From Protoeuglena noctilucae (lineage: Eukaryota), in assembly GCA_958009085.1 (NCBI GenBank), contig OY253685.1, forward strand, positions 310,001 to 374,000: a stretch of 64,000 nucleotides of DNA, given 5' to 3'. Below are positions 38,724-51,464 of the stretch, one piece after another. Both the position numbers and the translations under genes were made by a program. Every line of letters begins with the position of its first letter. Position 1 is the stretch's first letter. A model generated the notes under the pieces. That model worked only from the letters and a program-made list of their open reading frames with translations, searched no databases and had not been told where the DNA came from.

Positions 38724-41700
38724 ATGGCGTGCTTGCGTCGATATCTGGTGGCGCTCGCCCTCGCCGTGCTGGCGCTGGCCCTCGCCATGGGGCCGCGTGG
38801 CGTGGGAGCATCGCCCCCTTCCCTCATCCAGCTGTCCAGCTCCAGCCTCGCCGACCACACGTGCGCGACGGACATCACGGGTGTCGTCAAGTGCTGGTGC
38901 GGCAAGCCCGCTCCGTCGCCCGAGCAGCCCGCCGCGGGCCCATGACGCGCGAAGAGTGTGCATGCATCGGCCCGCGCCGGCCCGCCCTCCGCAGGGGATC
39001 CAACAACTACGGGCAGATTGGAGTTGGCGACAAGACCACCGTGCACGGCAACAACTCGGATATGGGCGCCAACCTGACGGCCGTGGACCTCGGCGGGATG
39101 CAGGCTCAGGTGAGCTTGCTCTGCAGCCGCTGCGCGGGCCGCCGCCACGGAGCGGAGCGCCGGTCTTCTTTGGTCGATCACGTCTGCTGTCCTGACTGCC
39201 CCGGACCAGTCCCGCTCCGCCGTTCCTGCAGAACGTGCAGGCCGGCTACGGCTTCTCGTGTGCCTTGCTCGTCACGGGCCCTGCCAAGTGCTGGTGCGTC
39301 GAAATTTCGCCGCCAAGGATGTACAATGGCTCTGCCTGTCATAGGACAGCGTCTCAGAATGCTCCCCACGCCGCGCCGCGCAGGGGCCAGAACGCGAACG
39401 GGCAGTTGGGTGTGGGCGACACGACCAACCGCGGGCTGCAGGCCTCCGACATGGGAGCAGGGCTCGCCTCAGTGACGGTGGGATCCACGAATACGTTCAC
39501 CGTGCTGTCCGCGGGCGGGGGCCACGTGTGCGGGCTCCTGACAAACGGACACGTGGTGTGCTGGTGAGCGATGTGCGCCTGCCGAGGGCTCAGGGCACTG
39601 ACGGCGCCGTTGGGCGCAGAACACGAGTCTGTGCGGCTCTGTCGCATGTCGACCCAGCTGTGCCGCATCCGCTGCGACCTCGCAGGGGCTTGAACAGCTC
39701 GGGCCAGCTGGGCCAGGGCGACACGACCAACCGCGGCGGCACGGCGGCCTCCCAGAACGTCAACGTCGTGTACCTGGGCTCCCAGACCACGACCACCGTG
39801 GACGTGACCACGGGGTCGGCCTTCTCCTGTGTCATGACGCAGATTGGCAAGGTCAAGTGCTGGTGCGTGGCTGCGGCCACCCACTGGGGGGACCACTCGC
39901 ATTTGTGCGCGTCGGGGAGGGCGGCACCACTCTGGCGCATCTACCGCTCGCCCCGCCCTGGCTGCCACGCAGGGGCCGCAACAACGCGGGCCAGCTGGGG
40001 CTGGGCGACACGATTAACCGCGGCGACAAGGGCACGAGCACCAACATCCTCGCGCAGATGGGTGACAACTTGCCCTTCGTGGCCGGTCTGGGCAGCAGCA
40101 CCGTCGCCAAGGTCCGCTCGGGGGACCAGTTTGCATGCGCCCTCACCACGGACGGCGAAGTCAAGTGCTGGTGAGCACGGCTCAAACACCCCACCCTCCA
40201 CAGGCACATGCCCGCTACCCGCCCGCCGCATGTTTGAGTGCCCCTTGGTCCGCAGGGGCTACAATGCCAGTGGCCAGCTCGGGGTGGGCGACACGACCAA
40301 CCGCGGGGACACGTCGGCGACGCTGACCTTCGCGGCGGTCAACCTCGGCACGAACCGCAAGGCCACGGACATCGCGGTCGGAGGCCAGCACGCATGCGCC
40401 ATCCTGGACGATGGGTCACTCAAGTGCTGGTGAGCTGTGGATGCTTGGTTCATCAAGCCGCCCGTCACTAGGGCATGTGGTCTGGGATCGCTGAGCGTGC
40501 TGCTGCTGACACCACGCGACGCAGGGGCTCAAACACCTCCGGCCAGCTCGGAGTCGGCGACACGGTCGCACGGGGCGGGAAGGCCTCGGACATGGGGGAC
40601 GCGCTGCCGGCCGTGAAGCTGGGCACCACCGTGGTGGTGGCAGCGGTCGCGACCGGACGAGCCCACACGTGTGCCACGCTTCTCGACGGCACCGTCAAGT
40701 GCTGGTGAGTCCGGGCACGGAGCTCGGCCTTGGGTGCTGGCATGCGCGGCCTGAGCGACTGCGACGGTGGCCCTCTCGCGCCCCGCCCGCAGGGGCACGA
40801 ACTCGCTCGGCCAGCTCGGCTACGGCGACGCTACTTCCCGGGGGTTGACGACGGCGTCCATGGGCACGGCGCTGCCCGCCGTGAACCTCGCGCTGCAGGC
40901 GGCGGCGGTGGCACCCACGCCCGACTCCGCGCTCTACAAGGTCACGGCCACATACACCTTCAGCACCACGGCGGCCGTGGACTCCCAGGCAAGTGAAGTG
41001 CCCCTCGTGCTTCTGGTGCGTGTTGCCCGCCCGAAGAGGCCGGGGGCCAGGCAGCCGCCCTCTTCACGGCTCCCGCAGACGCTGCTCACGGCGTGCAAGG
41101 CGGCGTTCGTGGGCCTGTTCAAAGTCGTCCCGGCGTCGGTGGCGGTGTCCGTCCCTGGGGGCAGCAGCACGGCCACTCCTGCGTCGTCTGCCACGCCAGC
41201 GGGCACGGCCACCCCCAGTGCCTCCGCCACGCCTGCATCCACCGCCGGCGGGACCGCGACCCCCGCTGCGTCCGGCACGCCCGCTGCCTCCGGCACGCCG
41301 GCGGCCTCCGGGACCCCCGCGTCATCCACCCCGGCAAGCACCCCGAAAACCACGGCTGCCGCGACCCCCACGCCAAAGTCCACCGCCACGTCGCGGCGCA
41401 TGCTGCTGCAGAACAGGTGAGCGGTGGATGACATGCCCTGGGTCGCCACCCCATGCACTGGTTCCTCGGCACGCCCACCCGCAATGCGCGGTGCTCCCCA
41501 CTCGCAGCACCTACACTGTTACTGTCGCCGTGGCCGCCAGCTCCCAGGCGGATGCCACGAAGCTCCAGTCCACGGTCGCGGCCGTGTTGCCGCAGTCGGT
41601 GGTGACGGCCCTCACGCAGCAGAGCGTGCCGGTCACGGGCACCGTCACCGCCTCGAACCCGGCTCTCGTGGCGCCCACGCCGCCGCCCACCCCCCCGCCG

Positions 41701-44004
41701 ACCCCCGCGCCTACCTCAGCCCCTGGCAGCGCGCCCGGCCCTTCCGGCCCCTCCACAGACACGGGTGCAGGCCCCTCTGGCAGCCCGGGGGGTTCCGGGT
41801 CCCCGAGCTCCACCGACGCCGCCAACGCGGGCAGCTCCAGCGCCTCGACGACCAAGAAGAAGTCCGGGGGACTCTTCGCGTCCACCTGGGCCGTCTACGC
41901 CGGGGGAGCGGTGGCCTTCATCCTCATCCTCGTCTTCGGGGCCCTGGGGTACCTGACGTTCCTGCATTTCCAGGTGGGATGGGAAGCGAGGTGGCGCCAT
42001 AACGAGCTGGCGTCTTTCCCCTGGATAACTCCAACGAGCTGGACGGGGCGCCTACAGCGTGCCTGCTGACCCCTGAGTGCGCTCGTTCCTGCAGATCAAG
42101 GCGAAGAAGCGTATGATTGCCTCGCGGCCGGCCGTGAGCGTGCCGGTGCGCGTGCTGCCGGGGCCCAACAAGGGCGACCTGGCGATCGACATGGGCGACG
42201 GCGACGAGGGCGCCAACGACTCGAACGGCACGACGACCGCCTCCGGGTCGGGGGCGGGTCGGGAGGAGGGCGAGGGCCAGGGCGTGGAAGAGCGCCCGCA
42301 GTCGCCGACGTACTCGGGGCACCTGGAGGTGGCTTCGGGGGAGGGGCAGGAGCAGGCCGACGTGNNNNNNNNNNNNNNNNNNNNNNNNNNNNNNNNNNNN
42401 NNNNNNNNNNNNNNNNNNNNNNNNNNNNNNNNNNNNNNNNNNNNNNNNNNNNNNNNNNNNNNNNNNNNNNNNNNNNNNNNNNNNNNNNNNNNNNNNNNNN
42501 NNNNNNNNNNNNNNNNNNNNNNNNNNNNNNNNNNNNNNNNNNNNNNNNNNNNNNNNNNNNNNNNGGTGTCGCTGTGGCGGCGTCCCGGCCCGGGTCGGCC
42601 AGGCCTGGGGCCGTGGTGGCGGGCGCGTCCCGCCCGGGGTCCGCCAAGCCGTCGTTGGGCGTGCCAGAGGAGGAGGCAGCGCAGCGTGCTGCGTCACGCC
42701 CTGCGTGAGCCAAGACGCAGGCAGATGCGCACGTGCCGGCGCAGGACGCACGGGCTCCGTCGCGCCCTGCCTCCGCCAAGCTGCACCCGGACGTCGCCGC
42801 GCCTGCGCCGGTGCACCAGGCACAGACGCCGTCCCGCCCCGCGTCGGCAAGGTCGCAAACGGGCGCGGTTACGGCACCGCAGGGCGTCCCGCCGGCAGCG
42901 GCTGCGTCACGCCCTGCGTCGGCCAAGCCACTGGCGGATGCCTCTGCAGCGGCTGTCGGAACGCCGGCTGCCTCACGTCCGGGATCTGCCAGGCCTCAAG
43001 CAGCAGTGGCAGCGGCAGCGGGGCCTACAGCGGCACCGGCTGCGTCTCGGCCTGGGTCTGCCAGGCCGCAAGTGGAAGCGGCGGCGCCGCAGCCTGCAGT
43101 GGCACTTGCCGCCTCGCGTCCCGCTTCGGCCAAGGCGCAGAACGCGCCCGTGGCGCCAGTGCAGGCTGCAGCAGCGCCGGCAACATCGCGCCCCGCTTCG
43201 GCGAAGCCGCAGCCGCGGGCTGACCCGGCGGCGGGGCCACCTGCTGCCCCTTCGCAGCCTCCTAGCGCCGCGCCAGCTGCCGCACCTGCTGCCGCGCCTG
43301 CGCCAGGGAACGCGGCGCCGGCCGCCGAGGGCGCGGGTGGCTTGCTGTCTGCGCAGCGCTCGTCGGTGGACGTGATGCTCGAGGCGACGCTGAGCGAGAA
43401 GAACGCCTTGGCGGAGCGCATCCGGCAGCTGGAGGCCATGCTTGCAGCGCAGATGGCCACGGCTGCCGCACCTCCCGCTCCCCAGCCCAGCGCGGAGGCG
43501 TCGACCAGTGAGATGCGCGCAATGCCCTCATCCCTGCATGCCTGCATGTGCTCCCCCGACTCCTGCGACCTCCCGCCCCGTGCGCCCACCCCAGGTGCAG
43601 CCCGCGCCCCCCCGAAGCCCGCACCCGTCGTCCCCGACGAGGAGGAGGAGGAGGGGGACGAGGAGGGCGAGTTGGAGTTTGACGAGGGAGAGCCGTCGCA
43701 GGCGCTGTCGGACGGCCGGCTGTCGCCCAGCAAGCGCCGCGTGGCCAAGAAGGGATCGAAGAAGCCCGGCAAGCGCCGGAGCAACAAGCGGCTGGAGGCG
43801 GAGGGCGACGCGGGGCCGAGCGCGGGCCCGGTGCCAAGCAAGGCCCGGTCGCGGTCGTCGGCCAACCCGCTGGCATCGCCACCCGAGGGCGTCCCCGCAC
43901 CGTCGAAGTCCAACTCCCGCACGGTCCGCACGTCCCCGACCGTGAGCCGCACCGTGTCGCGGAAGCCGGAGAAGGGCGACTCCAAGCGACGGATGCCTCA
44001 GTGA
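38724..44004 (+). CDS. Type-I membrane protein: signal peptide, RCC1/BLIP-II-like beta-propeller repeats, S/T/P-rich stalk, one TM helix, repetitive cytoplasmic tail
   Basis: MACLRRYLVALALAVLALALA signal; seven C..(K/V)CWG.N..GQ(L/I)G.GD repeats; TM WAVYAGGAVAFILILVFGALGYLTFL at ~41887-41964. Interrupted by an N-gap and an in-frame TGA at 42706. Confidence 0.85.
42365..42564. other. Assembly gap (200 N)
   Basis: Run of N. Confidence 0.99.
42565..43210 (+). repeat. Coding peptide repeat (A/T/P)SRP(A/G)SA(K/R), about 10 copies
   Basis: Translation shows recurrent SRPGSAR/SRPASAK separated by A/P-rich spacers. Confidence 0.85.
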
Positions 44005-44405
44005 AGGGAAGGGACACGGCTGCTGGCGCCGCTAGCTTGCCACCCTTACATTTGTACAGTCCCCTACACTGCTTGTTGAGATGAGTGTCCTGCGTTTCCT
44101 GTTGAGTTCTGACGTGTCCATGCCTGCGTTTGACAGTTGAGGACTGCAGTTGAGTGCCTTGTGCGGAGGATGAGGGGTTGTACGTTGTTCGTGCCGCGTG
44201 ATCCAGCTGGATGATGTCGAGAGCAGACCTTTGTCTCATCGTTCATGCGCTGCTGTTCTTATCGAGTTCCGTGGCTCAATAACCACCACCAGATTGCTCG
44301 ACAACTCTTGAAGCAAGAAACATGACAGCCGCTCTTCGCAAACGTGCAAATGCGCCCAACGCTGCAGCATGTGCGCGGCAACATCCAAGCTTTAGGCACA
44401 TCCAC

Positions 44406-45771
44406 TCAGGCGACCCACTTGCTCTCCACCACGCGCTCCATGGCCTCGTCTCGCTCCGCCACCGTCGCAAAGCTTACGCGACGCCCGTGGCCCGGGAGGA
44501 TGTGCAGGAAGTCCAGCTCGTGCAGCTTGCGCACGCTCGCTTCCTGCGACGACACATCGGGCGGCCCCGGTGAGGCGCGCCCCGCGCCTGCCAGCCACCA
44601 TCAGGGATGGCGCGTCGCCCTCGCCTGCTCCGGGACGCTGTACCAGTTGAACCCGCGGTGGATGGAGAGCCCCCGCTCGTCCTCGCTGAGGCTGAGGTGG
44701 TCCCCCGTGAAGAGGGCGCGGGCGGGGCGGAAGAGCAGGCAGCAGTGGCCGCGCGTGTGCCCCGGGGTGTGGACAATGACCACGTCCCCCTCGTCGTCGA
44801 TCTCCCACGGCCCCGTGCCCGTCAGCCACCGCTCGATGCCCTGGAACCGCGGCTGCCGCTCCCGCTCGTGCATGACGCGCTGGGCGCCAAAGTGCTCGGC
44901 CCACTTCTCATGGTCACCCACGTCGTCCTGGTGAGTGAGGAACATGAACTTGACCCCCCCCATGTCGGCGATGCGCTTAACCTGGAGGGGCACGACGTCG
45001 TGCAGGTGAGGGCCTGGAGCCAAGCGCTGGATGGCATATGCTAGGGGTGACATATGCAGGGGCGCCGCGCCTCACCAGGGTGGGGTTGAAGCGAGGGCTG
45101 TCCACGAGGATGTTCCCCGCCGGGCGCTGGATGAGGTACGGCGTGGCTGCGTAGGAGCGCTCAGTGTGGTAGCCCGTGTGGAAGACGCCCGGCACGCCAG
45201 GGACCGGCGCGGGGAGGCTCTCCTTGGCGGCTTGCAGGAGGTCCTTGGACGACCTGCTGGCGTCCCCATCGGCGTGAATCGAGAACGTTGGGCACGACAG
45301 GAGTGCCTGGGCGCACGCCAGCTCCTCCTCCCTCGTCTGCGGCTGGCGCGTCACGGCGCTCATTCCGCCCACCTCCGTGAACATCCCCTTCGCCATCCAC
45401 CTGAAGTGGGCTAGAGGCGTCGGACATTGATAAGGACACAAGGCCGGTGGAGTGAGTTCATGGTTGGCCAACAGCAGCAATTACCACAGTAGTTTTGCTC
45501 GCCAGTGCAGCGAGTTCTACGACCCCAAGGGCCATGAGTGGCATCGTTGCAATGAATTCAGCCACCCGGCGTGACCTTGCCTGCATGTATCGCAGTCGAT
45601 ACAGGTGCGATCCACATAGAACTTCCCCGCCACGTTCTCGCGCCGAGGCTGGCGCGCGGGGTCTCGAGCCCCACCCGGCCCAGCCATTGCCACGATGAAA
45701 GACCGTGGCCGGGGCCTCGCGGGTCGGAAGCGCTGCACTAAGCAGCTAGGGCTCGTATGTAGTAAGCGCAT
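44406..45771 (-). CDS. Ferredoxin-like domain + metallo-beta-lactamase-fold hydrolase (cyanobacterial/plant type) with putative transit peptide
   Basis: RRENVAGKFYVDRTCIDCDTCR|WMA, ALLSCPTFSIH, GNILVDSPRF, FLTHQDDVGDH, HTPGHTRGH, LFTGDHL, ILPGHGRR. Confidence 0.9.
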
Positions 45772-45948
45772 CGGTGCGTTCCTCTGGCTTCGATATCTCC
45801 AACGATTGAAACGCCTCACGCGAGGAGAACTAGCGACGATGGTCGCAGAATGTGTCGCTGGGCTGATGGGGGGATTCAAGGGGATTAGGAACCAAAAAAA
45901 CCCTGCCAGTGTTGCGACATCCAGCTTCACACGACACGTCTGCTCTCG

Positions 45949-48485
45949 TCAAGACTTGGGGGAAGACAATCGCGCCTGAAACCTGCTCAGCAAGTACTGC
46001 GGGGGGGGGCGGGCGAACACGGCTGGCCATCTCGCCTCGTCTTTTGCGAACGATGCCGAGGCAGCCCCAGCGGCCTCACCCCCGTACTGCTGCTCGTGGC
46101 GATGTGGCGAAGGAGGCAGCCGCGGATGCCCCACGTGGCGTACACGAAGGTCGCGAGCGCAAAAGCGACCAGCTCCACCGAGGACAGGCCCGTGGCCAGG
46201 AAGCCCTGCCACATGGGCGGGGGCAGCTGCGAGGACGGGCCATGCGCATGCTCACTGCCGGCGCGAGGCTGTCCTCTGCACGCGCTGACGCTACGCGAGC
46301 GGGACTCACGCGGAAGAAAGTGATGAAGAACTCGGAGAGCATGCGTATGTCGAGGGAGGCGAGGAGCTCCATGCCGAAGATCTGGAAACTGCGCTGCGCC
46401 CGCCGCTCGTCGTCCCAGAGCCACTCCCACGCTGCGGGGACCGTGCGGGCCACGCTGGGTCGGAGAGGCAACGCGGCGGGGCCAGGCACGCTCGGCAGCT
46501 ACCAGGCTGCAGAGTGCGACATCGCATGCGGGCGCTTGCTGGTGCGCAGCCGCGTGGCGCGTACCCTGAAGCGCAACGTCGGTGAGGTCGCTGCCGTCCT
46601 TGGCATCCTTGAGGAGACTCGCGACCTTGCTGGCGAATGCGTCTGCCTCCAGCATCGACCGCGTGACCGAGTACCCCGTGGCGGGGTGCACCATGTTGGC
46701 CGCCGCGCTGAGGGCAGAGAGCGAGCGTCGTTACTGCAACATGACCCCGCGTATAGAGCCCCGCGGTCGTGGCCTGCCCTGGCAGCAGGCGACGAGCCTC
46801 ACCCAAACGCGAGGACGCGGTTGGTCGGGAGGGGCAGGGGCCCCCCCAAGGGAATGTAGCTCCACTCCTCGTCGTGTACCTTCTTGACCTTGATGCCGAG
46901 GGCCGTCATCCGCCTCTCAAGGCGCCGCTTCAGGACGCTGAAGGGCAGCGGCGGCCGGGACACGAGGCACGTCTCCTCTACAAACACGCGGAGGGTGCCT
47001 GGCTCGGACCCTGGCCCGAGGCACATGGCGTAGTTGAAGGAGGGCGTCTCGCGATATGTGCCCCAGTCGTTGTTGCCCCCGTTGACGAAGTTGTCTGGGA
47101 CGATCTTGGTCGCCGTGCCCTCCCACACGCCTGCGCAAGGAGACGGGCCACGGGCGGTCGCCTCCCTCCGCATGCGCACGAATCACCGGCAGCAAAGACC
47201 CCAGCGGCCACCCCACCCGTGTGGTGTCGCCGGAAGTCCATGAAGATCATCTTGCTCGGGTCGTACGCCCCCTCGTACCCCTCCACATCCGCCTCCACCC
47301 CGTACGCCGTTTGCGCAGCGACGCTCGGCACGCCCGCCTCATACTCCAGCATGTTGGCTCCGCTGGCACCTGGGGGAGTGGAGAGGAGGCCTCAGATGGA
47401 GCCCCTTATGCGCATGAACCTGGCAGCTGCTTGGGGAGAGCTAGCAGCACTTCTGGGGTGAAGCAAGGACGGCATCCACACCGGTGCGTGAGGAGCTCAG
47501 AAGTCTCACCAGAGCATAGGATGACGACGCGCGACGAAATCACCCTCCCGCTCCCGCACGTGACCACTGTCCTCCCGTTCTCGAGCTGAGTCTGGATGTC
47601 TTTCACTGCGCAGAGGCATGCGTGCAAGCAGTGTTTCTACCCGCAAGATGACGCACGGGGAGCTGCGTGAGGTGAGGTCGCCGCATGCATGGCTGGGCTG
47701 GCACAGCTTGCGCCCTCTCACCCTCGTCAGCCATGAACGGCACCTTGGCCTCCCGGCACCGCCTGGCGAGCTCGGCCCGCAGCTTCCCTCGGTCGAGACG
47801 AGCGTACCGCCGTGGGATGACGACACGACGACCTTCGCCAAAGTAACTGCAGGCCTGATTGACACCATCGTCGGGGAGGGGGTTTTGCAGACATACATGG
47901 GGCGCCCCGGGAACTGAGATTGCGTCGCCAAGAGCTCACCAATCGCACGAGTCCCATTCCATGTCCACGGTCCCCTGCAGCCCCAGCCCCTTGAGCTCCT
48001 CAATCCACACGCCGTAGTTGTTCGTGAAGGGCGCATCGCGCCCCACGACAGCCACCTTCAGCCCCTCCTTCGCCAGGCTGTAGGCAAGCCGCAGCCCAGC
48101 TGGACCAGCCCCGACCACGGCCACGTCCAGGACCTCCTGCAACACCAGCTCGAGGCAGCAGTGCCGTCTCGTGGCTCCCAATGCTATCGGGCATCGTTTC
48201 GACCATCCCCCTTGAGCGCTCCCCGTCGCCTGCATATGAACTCACCGCGCCGGGGCTGTAGGGCTCCATCATCCCCGCCAGGGGCTCCTGGGCCTCGTCC
48301 TTGTTCTGCTGCATCTCCATGTAGCGCGTCTCGGAGCCTCCCATGCGCGTCTGCCGATTCGACCGCGCTTGGTCGACCGGCTCGGGCCGCACCTCGGCGA
48401 GGGCGCGCCGGCGGACCGACGCGCGCGTGTGCAAGCCCCTTGCGCTCCCCCAGTGTCGCAGATGCTGCGAGAGTCGGGACCTCAC
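45949..48485 (-). CDS. LCYE: Lycopene epsilon-cyclase; 5' end uncertain
   Basis: FAD motif DVAVVGAGPAG, FTNNYGVWIEE, QTAYGV. EETCL, EEWSYIP and AFGAAANMVHPATGYSV are the epsilon-type rather than beta-type signatures. Confidence 0.88.
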
Positions 48486-49109
48486 GCTGAGTTCATGCGA
48501 GCCTATATGCGTGTTCGAAATCGTGCCCGATCCGCGGGGGACCGCAGAGCCCCCGGGGCGTGAAAATCGCGCGGATGAACCGCGTACACGAACCGGCGAT
48601 GCAAATCAGCGGCCTTGCAGTCACCGCCGAGGGAGTGAGCACCGCGCGTTAGCGCATCTCGCACCTTGAGAGACGAAGGTCCCGAGGCGGCCTCAGACGC
48701 GCCCAGCCGGCGGCACCCGCATGCTGTCGTGGCCATTCCGCACCGTCCCACCCTGCCGATGCGAGCGTCCGCGCCCACGGCCCCACCGCTGCAAGCTCCA
48801 CTGGCCACGGACTCTCAGAGACCTCGCGCCTGCGAAGCCGATTCGTTCCTCGCGCCGATTTCTGGCAACAGCGGCGCGTCGACCTGCGCGCTCTGCGCCG
48901 CTTACCCGCGTGCACTTTTGTCGATGAAGCGTGAGGGACCTTCACTTGCCGTCCCTTTGCACTCCGCTCTCTCCAGGCGCGCCAAGGGCGGGGAGGGTCC
49001 ACCTTGCCGGGCCCCGAGCGCTCAAGCGAGCAGTCCAGCGCCAATTGATTTGCACAAGTAACGAGCTGAGACCTGACGACCCCCCAGCCAGCCCCTGCCC
49101 GAGGCCGAC

Positions 49110-51155
49110 ATGGCGGACCGAGGGCGCAAGGCGAAACCATGCGGGAACTACCTAGTTCAGACGAGGTTCGATGAGGTTAGTGCGTGCAGTAGGAGCCAGG
49201 CAGCATGTGCCCGTCGCACGGCCCGGGTAGGCCGTGCAGCGGACCTGCCATGGCGCGAGCGTCTCCGGTCGCCCCCCGCAGTACTGCATGCGCATCCACC
49301 ACTCCCGGCTTAATAAAATGGCCCGGACGCCTGTGCGGTGCCAGAGCATGGACAACAGCATGCCTGCGTCCATGCTCCTCTCGCACCTGAAGACCCGGGG
49401 GAAGAAGCGCCAAATGGAGAAGGAGTGGAAGCAGCGGGTCGAGCGGGACAACTTGACGCTGTTGGCCAAGATGGAGCGCATCATGCACCGCACCATGGAC
49501 GACATCTCCAAGGTCAGATGTCGGGGCATGTTGGGGTGCCCAAAGAACCTCTAGGGGACAGCACCCAGGCACGACGAGTCCCCCCAGCACGCTCGCAGCC
49601 TGCCACCTTCAGGACGTCGATGGCGTCCGCGACCAAGCAGTCTGGCGTGGCTCTGGACCCCACCCAGTACCCGTATGTGGACTGCATCCTCAAGGAGCCG
49701 CACGCGCCCATCAGGAAGGGCAAGGGCCACGAGCGTGCCTTGGCGGCCAAGCAGGCGAGGGCAGCGACGCCCCCTTGGTGGCTGCGTAGCTGCTGGGTTG
49801 GCGGACCTGGGCTTCGGGCGACGCGGCAGTGTCTGCGGTGCGCAGGTGATCGCGGAGAACCACAAGATGCTCTACCGCATCCGTGACGCCCGGCCCATCA
49901 TCACCCAGGACGAGCACGTCATGTTTGAGGAGGCGCAGGGGCGGTACAGCCGCATCGCAAGGAAGCCGGAGATATCCCGACTGGCCCACGACCTCCCCAG
50001 GTGAACGGTGGCAGGCGGGACCCTGCTCTTGTGGCGGCGAGCGCCCCTGTCGATGCATAGCCTCAACGACCTCTGAGGTGTTGCGATCCGCAGACAGACG
50101 GCTCCCAGGAATAGCCTCATGTTGGCTGCGGCTCAGTCGAGCCTCGACATCAACGCGTCGATGACGGGGACCGCCAAGTCGGCTGCCACGCTCAATGGGC
50201 GCCCCGAGTTCGACTCGACGCCCTTCATCGCACAGGTGCTCACGACTCCTCACGGGCTGCTGGCAGCCTGAGTATGCATCGCCTGGCCAGCCCCCTGACC
50301 TGGCGCCGGAACCCCCCGCAGGCACGACCCAAGACGTCGTCCGTCGCGCTCGTCCCCACGTCCCAGCTGCACGGCTCCCGGTCGCAGCCCGTCGCAGCGG
50401 GGCGGCCTGCCACGGTGCTGGACGAGACGGCCTACGCTCGCCGCCTGGATCTCATGTATAACACGGGCCGTCCCTTCGGCTTCCGCCCCGACTCGTACGC
50501 CGCGGGGCCTACCAAGCTCAACACCAAGGTCACGGAGGCCTCGCTGCCGGCATTCCCGTCCCCCAAGCAGTCGCCTACCCAGGCGATGGCATCTGTCAGC
50601 CCCGGCGACCGTGCGCGCGCCGCGGCTCTGCGGGCCTCCCTCAGCTCGGCGGCTGCTGCCAGCCCAGCCCCGGCGCCACAGGACACTCGCCCGGGGGACT
50701 CCGCGCCAGCCCTGCCCACCCCTGTGGCCCAAAAGCCGGCGAGAGAGGTGGAGAAGAAGGTCAGCAAGAGCCCCTCGAAGGGCCGCAGCCGGGGCAAGGG
50801 CGGCGAGGCGACTGTCGAGGCCTCGCCCCTTCCCGACAAGGCTGCGGGCGAGCCTGCAGGGCAAGCCCCCGACATGGCTGCGGATTTGACGAAGGCCGAC
50901 AAGCCGGAGACGAAGAAAGTGACGCAGACGGCAGACCCGGCAGCTGAGGAGACGACCGAGGCCCCGTCCGAGCCGCCGGCAGACCCGCCGCAGACGGCGG
51001 CCCTCGAGGCAGAGCCGAACAGCGGCGAAGCCACTGAGGGTGCGGGTGAGGCCGACGCGCCGGCGGACGAGGGCGTCGCGGCTGCGCAGGAAGACCCCAG
51101 CGGCGGGATGGACCCGGCCCCCACCGAGGGAGGCGTGGAGGCGGCAGAGGCGTAG
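49110..51155 (+). CDS. CFAP97/KIAA1430 (Hemingway)-domain ciliary protein with acidic tail
   Basis: HHSRL...MDNSMP...HLKTRGKKRQMEKEWKQRVERDNLTLLAKMERIM and a second repeat KQ|VIAENHKMLYRIRDARP. Confidence 0.75.
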
Positions 51156-51464
51156 CGCATGACCTGTCCCTGCGTTGCTTTGCGAGCGCGGTGTGCACCA
51201 TCCCAATCCATCGCGTTTCTTGACTTGCACACATCCAAGCACTTTGAACTGGCGATCCCTTAAACCTTCAAAACTCTGGCACGTCGACAGGCAGGCGTGA
51301 GTTTGAAAACAAGGCCAGCGCGAGGCTCAAGACTGCAGTGCGGGGGTAGCTTCTCATCACTTTGTTTCATTGCGAGCATACGCGCCCGGGTGGGATGTCC
51401 TGAGGGGCCGCGGCGGGTTTGCGTCCTACCTCCCTCGAGGTGCTGCGACCTGAGACGCTGTGCC

